NCBI GenBank assembly: GCA_050084985.1
Contig: JBITNC010000001.1
Span: 28,706,001-28,770,000 of the forward strand
From: Nageia nagi
Taxonomy: Eukaryota > Plantae > Pinophyta
Reading direction: 5' to 3'
DNA length: 64,000 nucleotides
The notes under the pieces were generated by a model. The model was not told the origin of the DNA and searched no databases. It saw only the letters and a list, made by a program, of their open reading frames with translations. Made by a program: the position numbers and the translations under genes. Below are positions 24,704-38,336 of the stretch, piece by piece (within the stretch, counting starts at the first letter, position 1; every line of letters starts with the position of its first letter).

Positions 24704-27504
24704 TGAAACAATACCATAATGAGCCACCCTTAGGGGTGTGGCTACCAAAGGTATTGCCAGGCACCAGCATGGACATCATGGTTTGCAAGCTTGAGCACTG
24801 GACTTATGGGAATCACCCCTACCTGTATGACACCTTATGGCATGACCTACATGTCTAGCTAGCTCCACCTTACCATCAAATCTATAATTGCATACTATCT
24901 AAGGTCTCATACCTATAGGGCTTGATCCGACCCCTTGGAACATCGAATTGTCATAGTTACCAGAGACATGGTGCTCACCACCCAACTAGTAACCTTCTAA
25001 TGGGTTTCACCCCTAAGGTCTCCTTGAGCTTTATTCACCCTTTCATCTTGACCAGTACAACCATAGGAATAGACTCACATCCATGTCTACCATGGTCCCT
25101 TAGGCATGATGGTTCAAGTCTGAAAATGGATCCCTATGTAGTATAGGTTGTGCTCTAAGCACACTCACCACCTTGGGAGAGGTTGCCCTCTCACATTCTC
25201 CCCCACTTATAATAGTTAACATCCTCATCAACAACACACTCTAGAAAGGGTACAAAGTACATCACTTAGCTTTTCAACCTTGAAGGTTATGTTCATCACT
25301 ACCTCATCGATGGATCTATGTTGAACATAAGGGTAACATAGCCAAGAGGTACCAAATCTGAATGTTTGATATTTTTCAACATTCATCTCATTCAAAATGT
25401 GGTTCATATATTTAACAGTAATTCACTCAACAATCCAAAACCACACACACAACATCCTAGCCATAGGTTCCCATAGGATTTAACCTACTATAATTAGCTA
25501 ATGACTATTCAAGCTTAACCTCTTATGTACTCAACTGGTAGCACCCAAAGGAATGCCTAACCATTCTTTAGAGTAGCTTCCAAGATGGTCCAATCTATAC
25601 ACAAATCAACACACCAAGGACACATTCATAGATTTCACTCCTGAGGATCCATCCACTAGCTTAAGGATTTGAGTTGTAGTATTCTTTGTTACATCTAGCA
25701 TTTCTACTCATCTTCCCCAAAATTGCAAATTGAACTCATACCATAGTTAATTTTATTAGTGTGGGTTGGTTCATTTTACTAAGTGTGAGGATACATTTTA
25801 TCTTCATTATCTAAATGCCCCATCCCATGTAGTTTGTGAATGTTCATTAGTTTTACCAAGCCATACATATCATAGATCATGTAGCCAAGGACACCCGAAT
25901 TTGAACTGAACATCTTCAAAACCACCTATGAAACTCTCACTACAACCACATGCTCTAAGACTAATGCATTCACATTACTTAATCTCTCCATCATAGTTTA
26001 AGAAAAATACTACAAATAAACTCTCACTCCACTATACCGATACTAAGCCAAGTTGAGGACATATATCCATGTCAGTATACTCTTATCCCTTTGGACTATT
26101 AAACCATCTAAGGATGGTGACTTGAACTTTTAAGTAGACTTAGATCTTAAAATGCTACATCCAACCTTTAAGCTCCTCTAATAGATTTTCACCCAAAAAT
26201 GGTGTAGGTGTCGAGATAGCCCTGGTTGTCACCCATCTCTAACTGCTCCATGGTGCATCTGCTTAACCATATCCAAACTAGTAGAAAACGACCTTAAAAT
26301 CCCACCTTGTAGGCAAATGGCCACCAAAACCATTCATATGGGAAACTTTTCACTTAAATCTTCTTTGGGAACAAACATTGTGCTCCATGGCTCATGTCCA
26401 TGGTCCATGCTCAATGTTCATGGTTCATGGTTCATGGTGCATGATCACTTGTGCACACTATCAAAATAGTCTCACATCTATGAGTTGCTCCACATTTTTG
26501 CCAAGGCATTCTAGAATTCAAATTTGCATAAACACACACATAAGACACATACGAGGCAACAAGGTTATGCATGAGTAGAAAGCAAACACAGAGCTCAAAG
26601 CATGCATAACCACATGGTAAACGCCACACATAAACACATGACAAGGCATGACAAACAACCCATGTTGTGTCTTTAGCATTCCAATTTTATTATGCGTTCA
26701 ACTTGGCATACAAGATCCCACTCCTTTCATTAGGAGTTTCATAGGTGTTACCTCCTTTGATGTATCAGCATAATGGTAAAGTGTTACCTCCTTTAGGGCA
26801 TCAGCATAATGGTAAGGTGCTTCCTTCTTTGATGCATCAGCACCCCTACACATATAACAAACAATTAAGCACTAGTGCATACTCACCCATTTTCTCAATC
26901 AAGGTCAAGTAAGTAACCAATCCTTCAATGCATAGTGTTTCACATGGGTCGAATTGATACAATACACTCAATACATGGCATCTTCCTTACCTAAACCTCT
27001 AAGGCTCTGATACCATATGAAACATTACCATAAGCCACCCTTGGAAGTGTGGCTATCAAAGGTATCACCAAGCACCAGCATAGACATCCTGGTTCGTAAG
27101 CAATGGCACCAAACATATGAGAATCACCCCTACTTGTATGACCCCTTATGGCATGACATACATGTCTAGCTAGCTTTGCCTTATTGTCAAATCTATAGTC
27201 ACATACTACCCAAGGTCTGTACCTCATGGGCTTGAACTAGCCCCTTGGAGCACCAGATTATCATAGTTACTAGAGACTTGGCACTCATCGCCCAACCAAC
27301 AACCTTCTAATGGGTTTCACCCTTAAGGTCACCTTGAGCTTTATTCACCCTTTCATCCTAACCAGTACAACCATAGGAATGATCTCACATTCATGTCCAC
27401 CATGGTCCCTTAGGCACGATGGTCCAAGTTCATAATGGATCCTCATGTACTAGAGGTTGCACTCTAAGCACACTCACCACCTTGGGAGAGTCTACCCTCT
27501 CACA
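24704..27504 (-). mobile_element. 2.8-kb non-autonomous LTR element inserted in the Ogre/Tat 5' LTR
   Basis: LTRs 24704-25195 and 27018-27504 (TGAAACA..TCACA). Perfect TSD TTAGG (24699-24703 / 27505-27509). Perfect Met PBS TGGTATCAGAGC (27015-27004). PPT AAGTGGGGGAGAA (25208-25196). The host LTR sequence resumes exactly after the TSD. Confidence 0.96.
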
Positions 27505-30500
27505 TTAGGTACATTGCTGATAGTTTAAGATAAATAATATAACAGATGCAATAAATAATGTAGTAATGAGCCAACAAAAGAGTAATCATATAACAAATAA
27601 AAGATAATAAATGATGTTCACTTGTTATAGATATGATATTCACAAAGGTTTTCCTTAGGTCTTGTTCTTTGTTCTCTCCTTGTCTTTCTTTTGTCTTATC
27701 AATGATCTTCTATCTGATTTTCAATTGATAGAGTTTCCTCCTCTAAGGATCTTCAATTCCCTCTTTAGTTTCCTTTGATGCCTTTATATAGCAATACTTA
27801 TATTATAAGATTTGACCCCTAATTCATAATATGGTGGTCCATTACATGAATTACATATCTTTTTGGGTATTTTTAATCCCTTATCATCTTTGTCAATCTA
27901 TCACTTTATATCATCATCAACATTATACTTGTTCATCCATGCATCAACACACTACAACTTATCTATTTTATCATGTTTTCCCATTACAGTTAATCCTTGA
28001 CATCTCATTCACTCACTCATATGTCCATCAATACTTTATATTCATTTTGCTCAATTCTTTTTGCTCACTATTGCTCATATATCCTCTATTTTTCTTTCTC
28101 ATACATATTACAATATCAATTTTATCTTTATCTATTCCTTGAAAATTAGATACTCATTATTTGACTACCTTGTTGCTCATACATACATTTACATTTGCAA
28201 TACCAACATATCAACTTGGCTTCCTTGCCTTAACACTTACACTTTAAGCTTTTTGCACTTTAGATTTTTCATTCATATGTATTCATTATGGCACAAAACC
28301 TAGTAACAGTCACTAATAATTTCTGAACACTTTCACACTATCCATAACGTCTCTAATAGTTACAAATCTATGTAATAGTCAATTCTAGGTGATAACTTTA
28401 ATTCAATATGATTGTAATAGATTTTTAGTTACATAACTTCTTTTGATCATAAGTGTCCACTCCTTCAACTTTAATGTATGTTGATAACCATTAATACAAA
28501 CTTTTGCGTGCATTTGGTCCCCTACACTTAGCTTTGACACCATCTCTATAAAATTTATATCACCTTTAATTCTCTAGTCTTGTATCTTGCATGTTGATGA
28601 TTGAAATCCCATTTATGCTATAGTACAATCCTCTTGCATACTTACCAACTTTAGATCAGTTATCTAAGCTTTAGTACAAGTCCTTTACTTAATTATCAAC
28701 ATCTAAATTGGCATAAAACCTTCAATCTAATGGTATACCTCCTTTGCATGCTTTTTGATCATCATATCATTCCATAATCCTCCTATTTGGTGGCTAGAAC
28801 TACATTGCCAATCCTTGGCCATATCTCTAGCAAGCCTCTCCAAGTAAAGCACCTAAATCAAAGTATCTTTATCTTATCATTTATTGCTTATATCATGTTG
28901 ACATCACCTACCGATTGCTCTTTTTCCTTTGCTTACTTTTTGATACTCAACCTTGGTCACCTTTAAGCCTTTTCTTCTCAACTATTGAACTTTATTCATT
29001 CTTACATGTCATGGAGTTGTTGACATCACTTTGTTGGTAATGCTTTTGTCTATCTCCTTCATTGGTACTTAAGTTCACTACATTCAAGCCTCTTCAAATA
29101 AGTCATCGTACTCAATTCCTTTTTGTAATTCTTCCTTTATAGTTGGTACTTAATTTCTTTATCTTTGTAACATTTCAACTTTGCTACCAAAACTAGTGCA
29201 TTTTGGATAACCTAACATCACTAATTGATAACATTTTATCCTATTTTTCTTCATCAATACTTAATTTCACCACCTTCCAATTTCTTTACCTAAGATTTCA
29301 AATTCTTTGAAGTTTTGAATGCCATTCATAAACTGATATTTATTCTTTGTCAATCCTTAACTTCACTCCATCATTATCTCAACTTCTAACATATTGGAAT
29401 CAATTCATTTGATGTAACCTTCTCGTTGGTGACATCATGCAATGAATTTCTTTGCATGGTTGATTTTTAACTTTAGCTGGATTACGATCTATTATCTTAG
29501 CAATTGGACATAATGTATTTTGGAGTGCTATTACTCTATTGATATCATATGCTAGATTATCATTATTTTTCTTATCTATCTAATTCCATATCAGATCAAT
29601 ATACCTAACTTTCATATCAACACCGACCAATTCATCAATTCTTTATTACACTCATATAAGTCAGTAAGGCTACCTAGATCCACATCATCCATCCTTTGGC
29701 CAAGTTAATATAATTGTGTTAGCAAAAGTAAACACACCCAACACTACAACTCTTCACTACTTACAACTTGTCAAACACCTAAAAACACTATTAAATACCC
29801 AACAACATTATTAACAGTTATATCAACTGGCATTAGCAACTAATTAAAATTTTGCATCAACTATCAGTCCATACCTTCACCTAACACTACATTCAAGCAT
29901 ACGATAATACATATGCACTTATTATTAATCCATTTGGTAACCTTAGGTAGAATGGCTTCATGTTCTCCTTTGGAAATGTGGTTGCTTGCATCATTGATAA
30001 AATTTTATTACAACAATCTTCCTCACCTTTGGCATTGTGACTTATTTTCCTCATTGATAACAATGACAATATTAAGCCAACAATCTCCTTTAACAATTAT
30101 GACAAGACCATAAGCCAAAAATGGTATGTAGAAATAATATCATTAAAAGGTACAAATATTAAGAGAAGTTCAAGTATAAAAGAAGATTAAAGCAACGAAT
30201 TCTTTATTAGATTCTAATTAAGCCCACACATAATCTTTATAGGTCAAATTGAAGTGTATATATACCCTTTTTTACAAATATTAATGATATCTTTCAGCAC
30301 CACCTATCTAAGGATCTATTATACTCTTTCATATTATGTTTCATTATTCTTCATAACTCTTCATGATCTATGGCATCAACAAAAAATTTCATCTAAGAGC
30401 ACAACATCACTAAGTGTATCAAAGTGAATAACATCCATAATGTGCTTTTTATATATTGAAGTCTCTAAATTCAAAAGATATTGTGTGATAGGATTGGAGG

Positions 30501-30949
30501 TACTAGATCAAAGATTCATTAAGAGATTTATATTTAACCCAGTCCATTACTCATCAAATAATATTCAATCTACTAGTTTATAATTATCATTCTTTGGTAA
30601 TTCATAAAAATGAGGTGAATTATTAATTTAATTCATTTTTATCCATCTACATTTTTGTGAACCCATCTATTTTGAGGAGTTTTATTCTTTAGAGTAAACT
30701 TTTGTGTGTATATGAGAAGAAATTAATAGCATATATGTCATTCATTATCAATGAGAGAGATGTTGATACTATAAAAACAAATCAAAATATTAAGTTCATG
30801 GATCTCATCCAATAACTCAATACCAATCCTGATATCCTAAATCAACTCATCTCAGTATTAGGGCATCTGAGTTGTAACAATTAGAATAAATAACAAGCTT
30901 CTACAAGTGTCAATAAAGGATCTAATCAAGTTTGTAAATATCAATAAGG

Positions 30950-32100
30950 ATTTGGTTAACATCAAATCTTATTTAAAAGCATAAAAGAAGAGGGAAAAAT
31001 ATGATGGATCCTTCAGCACTCCTTTATCTGATGAGATGTTGAATTTTCCCTATCCACCCAATTTCAATATCCCCAAGTTTGAGATGTTCAATGGAGAAGG
31101 ATATCACAAAAAATATCATATTAGTTTTGAAGAGGAATGTATTATGGTTATCACCACAACAAGCTAGCTATAAATAAGAATACTTAGGAAATAAATAAAT
31201 ACTCCTAAATGAACTTAATACTCTAACAGTAGAAGCACCAACATTGAATAGATCTTCTACCCAAAGGGAGTTTAAGTTTACTTTTCCAATTCAACCAAGA
31301 ATTATTTTTGTAGATTTATTAACAAAAGGTTTATGGAAATCCATGAAGAGGAGACCAAAATATGATAGTGTGAAAGTTGGTAATTAGGATTTCTTTTGTG
31401 CATATCATCAAACAAGAGGGCAATCTACCAATCGTTGGAAGAACATGGAAGATGTAATTTTGGATTTGATTGTAAAAGGGAAGTATGAGATTTAAGAGCC
31501 TAAAAGAAGAGAAAATATTTATTATAAGTACAAAAATACCATTTTCATTAATGAGGAGATTTGTGCCAATGTTATAAGAGTACACCCAAAGGTAATCAAA
31601 AATTCAATTATGTAAGAACAAGTATTCCACCATGTTGACTAGTTGATTTAGTGAAAGGGAATTATGATCATGTGGGTTCTTACCTATAGAAATGAATATA
31701 GGAATTACACATAATGGAAAAGAAGGAAAATGAAACAACAATTATAACTCATATCTAAAAGTAACCATAGGAAAATAGAAGCAATAGTTTATAATGGGAA
31801 ACAATGTCCATATTTATAAAAGCAAAAAATGAAGTGCTTGAGACTCCAAGAGCTCTAATAGATCATAATTTATTTAGAGAATTAGGAAAATCATAAATGA
31901 AATTTTTTATAAAGGAATGGACTTCTATGTATGTGTGTCCAAGAAAGATTTGATCAGATTGTGATCATTAAGGGCTCAACTATATGCCTGCAAAGAAAAT
32001 AAATACGAGTAGATGAAGAATAATCCATTGCATAGTAAATATTGAAGTGGATTTGCATATGTAGGATATGCATGTAAAATGAAATTCAAACTATGGAACA
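30950..32100 (+). mobile_element. Heavily decayed Ogre/Tat-type gag remnant
   Basis: ~31030-31140 reads DEMLNFPYPPNFNIPKFEMFNGEG. ~31393-31490 reads FCAYHQTRGQSTNRW..MEDVILDLIVKG (knuckle). No LTRs identified. Confidence 0.65.
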
Positions 32101-32919
32101 TTAAATCCCTTCATTATGTAGTAAAACCTATTTTCAATGTTCCCAGCAATGTAAATGCTACCAGTCGCACCAATGTTGAGTTACATGCATGATCTAAAGA
32201 TGAGATTATTAAGGATCAATTTTTTTAGTGTTAAAGGTATTCATGAGAAATCTGGAGATCTTTTTATATGAAGATGACAAAGAACCAATCTTATGATGGC
32301 CCATTTCCCAATTAGGAACATGTATCATTTTGGATACCCAAGCATATCAACCAACATCAATGCTAAGAGGATAAAGTAGTTGTAGAGAAATTTGAAGTGA
32401 TTTGAGCTATTTCTAAGTTATTTGGGAAGTTGGTTGAACCATTTGTGTTCTCTATGTATAATTATTTTCTATATAACCTTTTTTAGCCATCTTTAGTTAG
32501 GGTTGGTAAAGTTTGATAGATGTTGTGATTATTTTATGATTATTTATTGAATTCATTCTAATAGAGGAAGCCATTAAAGGATGTTAGAAGGTTGAGAAGG
32601 ATTTTTGCTAACAATAGAAGGGGATGAATGATTTTTGGAGGCAATTGAATCTCCATATTCTCTTTTAATTATAAGTCCCTATGGACCCAAAGATATTAAT
32701 CAGATTAGAAATGTTGGACTAGCCCATATTGGATGAACTAGGGTAAAAACCTTATGTCTTCATTTTGTGGATGTGATTTTATTCTATTTACTATTTAAAT
32801 TTGTATAATGTACAATAATATCGATGGGAAATCATATGAGTTCATTAAAGTAGACATAAAAGGGTTAAGTAAAAAAAATTATATTTGATGATCTCTAAAA
32901 TAACATAGCTTAAGAGATT

Positions 32920-33998
32920 AACATATCAAACATCATAATATCTAGATGGTTATCTCTTCTCAACATATAACTATTTCTTTTTCTTGAGGGGTCATTGATA
33001 CCCCTCATATTCCATGATAAAACTTTTAATTTTTTTTTTACCTTTGGGGGGTTTCTTCATCCCACCCCCACCTAGAGAAAGGATAGTTTAGACTCCTCTT
33101 TATATAGCTTTTATCATTTCTCTTTTGTAGTTCTTCAAAGGATGGTCTTCCTATAGTCTCTCTATCCACGTCTAACATTGAATTCTTATAGTGTCTTATG
33201 ATTCTTGAAGGGCTTGTTGGGATAGATTCATTACTTGATTCAAGTTTAACTCTTTTATGGTCCCTATACTTTTTGTCTCTTACTTCTTCTAGATTTAATT
33301 ACAGAATGTACCTATGGGGATATATCATCCTTCGATTTAGTTTCTCAAACCACTTCTTCCTATGTCTCTTCTCTTTTGCTCCTAGTGTCCATATCCTCCC
33401 TATCCCCACTCGAGGGGACATTTTCATCTTCTGGTTGAATTTATCCCATTGGTAGGATGGAAATGTTTATCTCTTCCTTGGTTGGTTCTTGATAGAGTAC
33501 CATTGTTCCTTCTATAGATATGTCCTCCTTCCTCTTTGTTGGTGGGTTATCCTCTCTTACCTTTAGAAGAGGTGTCCTAATTAGAATCCTTTATTTTTTC
33601 TTTTTTTATACTTTCCTAACAGGGGTTTCCTTTTTCTTAGATGGGAAAAATTGGCTACATGTCCCTTCTTCTTGTAGTTTTTATACATTAAGAGTGGATT
33701 TTTATACTCAAAACTTTGCTTCCAGTTACTTACATTTGATATTAGATCTATTAATTTAGGAATCTAAATATTCAAGCTACATTGATAGAAATTCTTTCAA
33801 ACACCATCCAAGTTCTCGTTCTAATGGTCTTATCAATAGTTATGAGTTTTACTATAATATTTTCTACAGCAATCAACACTTACTCATATCAGAATTGAAA
33901 AAGAAATTGAGATAGATGAACCCATAACACCATAGTATCAATGCTTTGTATGTATGGATCAAAATTTGTGTTCCACTTTCTTAAAAAAAGGTCCCTCT
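32920..33998 (-). mobile_element. L1 LINE, downstream part: end of ORF1 and truncated start of ORF2
   Basis: Minus-strand GLFLRKWNTNFDPY..VLWVHL..KLITIDKT..RISINV (DUF4283-type). WKQSFEY..GHVAN knuckle at ~33720-33645. KVLSWNMRGINDPSRKR at ~33027-32980 (start of the APE endonuclease). Confidence 0.85.
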
Positions 33999-35186
33999 TG
34001 AAGAATATTCTAAATAAGGATCCAATGATCTTAGTACACTATTAACAATAGTATTCATATACCTAAGAAGGTTTAACAACTCAATAATAGAGAAATTCTC
34101 ATAATGAACCAAAATTTATAACAATATTCATTAATGAATCCAAACCAAAACACAACAATGTACCAATGTATTCAGTATAGAATATTATTCTATTAACAAT
34201 AAAAAATGCATTAGAATATTACTACTACAAACCCATTCATGATATAAATAGTCGAATGGGTATGCCCAACATTATTCAACTCACACTCTACACTATTATC
34301 CATAATAAAGTGGGATCAATCCAAGGATCTAACCAAATAACAATATAAGAAGCAAATTATAATATAATCTGAAAGATGAAGGATACAATTTGGAAGGTAA
34401 ATTAAAATGACCCTATCAATAACATAACATACTCTGCTCTACCTTACATTTACTCAAAATGGAGAAAAGAATAATCTCTTATCATTACAATGGATTATAG
34501 ACTCAAGAAACTTCAATCATTATATGTGCAAGCTATTACAATATAAACACAAGCTTTCAAATATATGCACAGGGTTTATACATATATGCATGGGTTATTT
34601 ACACAACATAAGTAGCCACAATAACACTTGATATATGCATACAATCTATTTACATATGCAAAAAGTTTACTAATATACACATAAATTATCTCATGCTATA
34701 CAAACATAATTTATGTGTTGATATAGGCACATAATTTCTACTTGAATAACTAGAACTAAAAATTAACAAAATTGGCAAGGGAATAAGGGATAAATATCAT
34801 GTTAGTTTTCAACATTCTTCCCCTTGTTGTTGAAGAGACTCGGGAATGAGTTTTGAAGCATCACAAACTGATTGAATAATCTTCCTTTTACACCTCTTTC
34901 AATTTTGTAACAAAAAATTCAAAAATTGAAAATTCTTTTGGCATATATAACACTTTCGCTCTTCATGTGGGCTATCCTCCATTATGCTTGATTTATCCTA
35001 CAAATAAAATAGAGTGCCTTTTGATGATCTAATCCCTCTTCATCAAAAGTCTCCTCTCTTAAAACCATAATCTTATGATTATTTATAACAATGATTCGCA
35101 ATAACCATTTCCTCATATGATCATCACTCTCATCATAATTCACAAGCCAAACTCCATATGAGTATCTACTAAAATGAACCATCTCA

Positions 35187-35208
35187 TATATATATATATA
35201 TATAATAT

Positions 35209-35254
<46 letters not shown>
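35187..35254. repeat. (AT)n microsatellite
   Basis: Interrupted (AT) run visible directly. Confidence 0.97.
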
Positions 35255-35258
<4 letters not shown>

Positions 35259-37298
35259 TATGCCACATACCAATTTCATAAAATTGCACACAAATTATAT
35301 AAAGCATTGTAGCCATGAAATGATTCATCACCATTAAAACTAGTAAATAATCATCTTCAAACAAAAAAAAAAAATCTTTTTCACACAAAGTGTAGGCATC
35401 AAATAATTATCCTCCATACAATTCTTAGCTATGCAATGATTGTCCTCAATTGAAATTTGTGAATGGTTCCTCAACAGAAAATATTATTCATAATTGCTTT
35501 CTACTCCTTCCAATGAAGGTCTTCAAGATGCAAATTTCTTTCAAACAACCACTTCACCATTACTATTTCACATAAAATAACTTTCATTTTTTTCTCACAA
35601 GAACAAACTCCCAATGATGCCTGTAAAAGATATTCTCTATTTTGCAAAAATTCACACAACATAACAATCTCCAAAATGTCCATTAAATTGAAACTCATAC
35701 TCACATAATTCAAGTAATTACAAATAAATAAGTGAGAAAAAATCATCACCATTGTAGTTAAAGTATTGAATAGGTTCCTTTGAGCTTCTCATGAAATCAT
35801 ACTATTGTAAATTTTTTACCATTTTCTTCCATTGTTGCTTCAAAAATAATATTCTCCTTCATCATAAAAAGTGCTCTCCTTGGTGCTTCCTCCATATAAT
35901 AAGCTTCATCCTCTACATTCATTATTTTTGTTACTTCACAAGTAACCATTTCTTCATACACAATAAGAATTCTCTATTGTACCTCTTCACACAAATAATT
36001 TTTTTACTACTAACTCTACAAGATAGTACTCTTTTGAACAATCTAATGTTTCCCTACAAAATAATTTTCAACAAAAAGTGCTCCAAATATTTCCTCCTTA
36101 AGACATTTTTCATCCTCCATTATCATTGCAACATGAAGGTCTTCAATGACTACCTCTACAATGAGATAGTATTTATTGTTTTCTTCTTCAAACCATACAT
36201 ACCTCACTCTTGAAGAGTGATCTTCATCAAACATGGAATCAAGCATAAAGCTATTAGCTTTTACCTCTTCTTCATCAATAAATTTTGAGAAACTATCCCA
36301 CAATGGTTCATTAATTTTCTTTTCAACAAGAAGAGCTTCCAAATCTAATTTTGCAACACACTTATCCATTCCATATGTGAGTGATTCTTCTTCAATATTC
36401 AAATCTACCTTTTTAATATAACCATATTCCATTCTTTAATAATGATTTCTAAGCCAACATTCCTCCATGAACATTGCTTCTCTATCAATAACAAATTATG
36501 GGTATGCCTTTTTAAGATAAAAATCTACTCTTTTTGAGATCTTCAAGCCATTGTATTGTTATACTTTCTTCTTCAACTTTTAGAATAACCTTTTTAATAT
36601 TAATATCCACTCCATGTGAGTGGTTTTCAAGCATTTCTTCCATCATTCTTCTCCTTTATAAGAGCTCCAACATTTCCATTCTCTCCTTGTAGAGGAATCA
36701 CTATTGTAGTAATATCATCTTCAATTTCTTGATTTGCCTTATTAAGACAAAAATCATGATCAACATTCTCCTCCATGAGAAGAATTTCAACATTTGCATC
36801 TGCAATAATTTTTCTAGATTTATTATATGAATCTCTAAAATAATGTCTATACTATTTTGTGCCTATATAAAACACTCTTTACTTTCATCAATAACAAAAT
36901 ATGGAATAATAATGATACCTTCCTCTTCTCCAACATTACTCATAAAATCTGCATTATCATTCTTACACCCAAAATAATCTTGCAATATTTCCAATACTTT
37001 GAAAACTATTCTACAACTTGCTAAAAGTGGAAAAATATTTTTCTTCATACCTTCTCTGATATCTAAGAGAGTTAAATAATTTTGATGCTTCTCCTCCTCC
37101 TTCAATCTTCTTTCTTCTCCTTCAATAGTGCTCCAATTTTTTAGTTTTTCATACCCATATTCAATAATCTCTCAAAGTCCTTTGCCCATTAACAAAGTAT
37201 TCATTTTTATACTCTAAAAAATAAAATCTTCTCCATCAAATTTTGAAACTAGCAGGAAGTTAGTATAGATAACCATTACACTAGAGAAACAAGAAACC

Positions 37299-38117
37299 TG
37301 TTGACACGTAATTTTGTCCACCTTTAGGTGTCCTTATTAAGTTCAACTTTATATTAGATCATTATATGCTATAATTATGTTATATTCTTTATGTCAACCA
37401 ACTTAAATACCTTCGCATGTAATCCTATCTTTAATTTTATGTTGCAATCTACACTAGTATCGACACTCGATTGTAGGCATGCATTATGGTGATTCTCTTG
37501 CATATATAAAGGTAAAGGTATTACATAGGAAGGCATAAAGATTTCAACTCAATAGCTCATACCACTTATGATTTAGGTGTTCTTTAACATTACTTATTAA
37601 GATTGGGATCTTTTCATCACTCGATCATTTATCATTCCATCATTCTCTATTATATGCTAGACTAGGCTTATCGCTTTATTTCTCTACTTTAGATCTTAGT
37701 TACAGAACTCTATTTATAGGAGGCTCAACTCTCGCACTACAATTAGCATCCATGCTACTATTAGCATCCTCGCTACTATTGGAGGCTTAGCATCTACACT
37801 ATTTTTGGTATCTATGATGTTGTTAGCATCCATGCTAGGGTTTTATACTACATTCATTAGAGGGATTCACATACTAAGGTCATTATCTTGATAAGTTCTT
37901 ATTTGCATATAGATTCAGCTTCTCAAGTAAGGTGACATGTATTTATCTTTCTTGATTCTTTTCTTAATAGTGCATAGATGTTATCGTGATCCAATAGTCT
38001 AAGTATTGCTTTATTCATTTACATTTTGTTATACTTCAAATTATTATCGTTATTCATTGAATGTAAATGTTTAGCATAATTTCTACCTATCCTAGGGGTC
38101 ACTAAAAATATTCAACA
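37299..38117. mobile_element. Solo LTR (~819 bp)
   Basis: TGTTGACAC..TTCAACA termini. Flanks AAACC / AAATC (4 of 5 match). No internal domain. It sits between the PBS and gag of the host element. Confidence 0.8.
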
Positions 38118-38336
38118 AAATCCAATAGAAATATAGTATAAAATAACTTAATAAATCATTTTCAATATCCCCACAAGTTTTCTTTAACCCTCTTATCTAC
38201 CAACCTCTAAAACCAAATGATGAATCTAAACAAATTCAATAAATAAATACATTAAGGATTCGATGATCTCAATACACCATTAACAATAATCTTCATATAC
38301 CCAAGAAGGTTTAACAACATAATAATAGAGCAATTC

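Larger units (their letters stand above)
7304..27880 (-). mobile_element. Ogre/Tat-type Gypsy LTR element, non-autonomous (gag + antisense PMD, no pol seen), with two nested insertions
   Basis: 3' LTR 7304-7997 (TGTAG..TATACA) with minus-strand PPT AAAGAGGGGAAAA at 7998-8010. 5' LTR starts at 24484 with the same sequence, is interrupted at 24704-27504, and matches to ~27880. Non-Met PBS TGGTGAACCC at 24480-24471. gag at 22000-24300. The outer end of the 5' LTR is missing, so no TSD can be tested. Confidence 0.85.
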
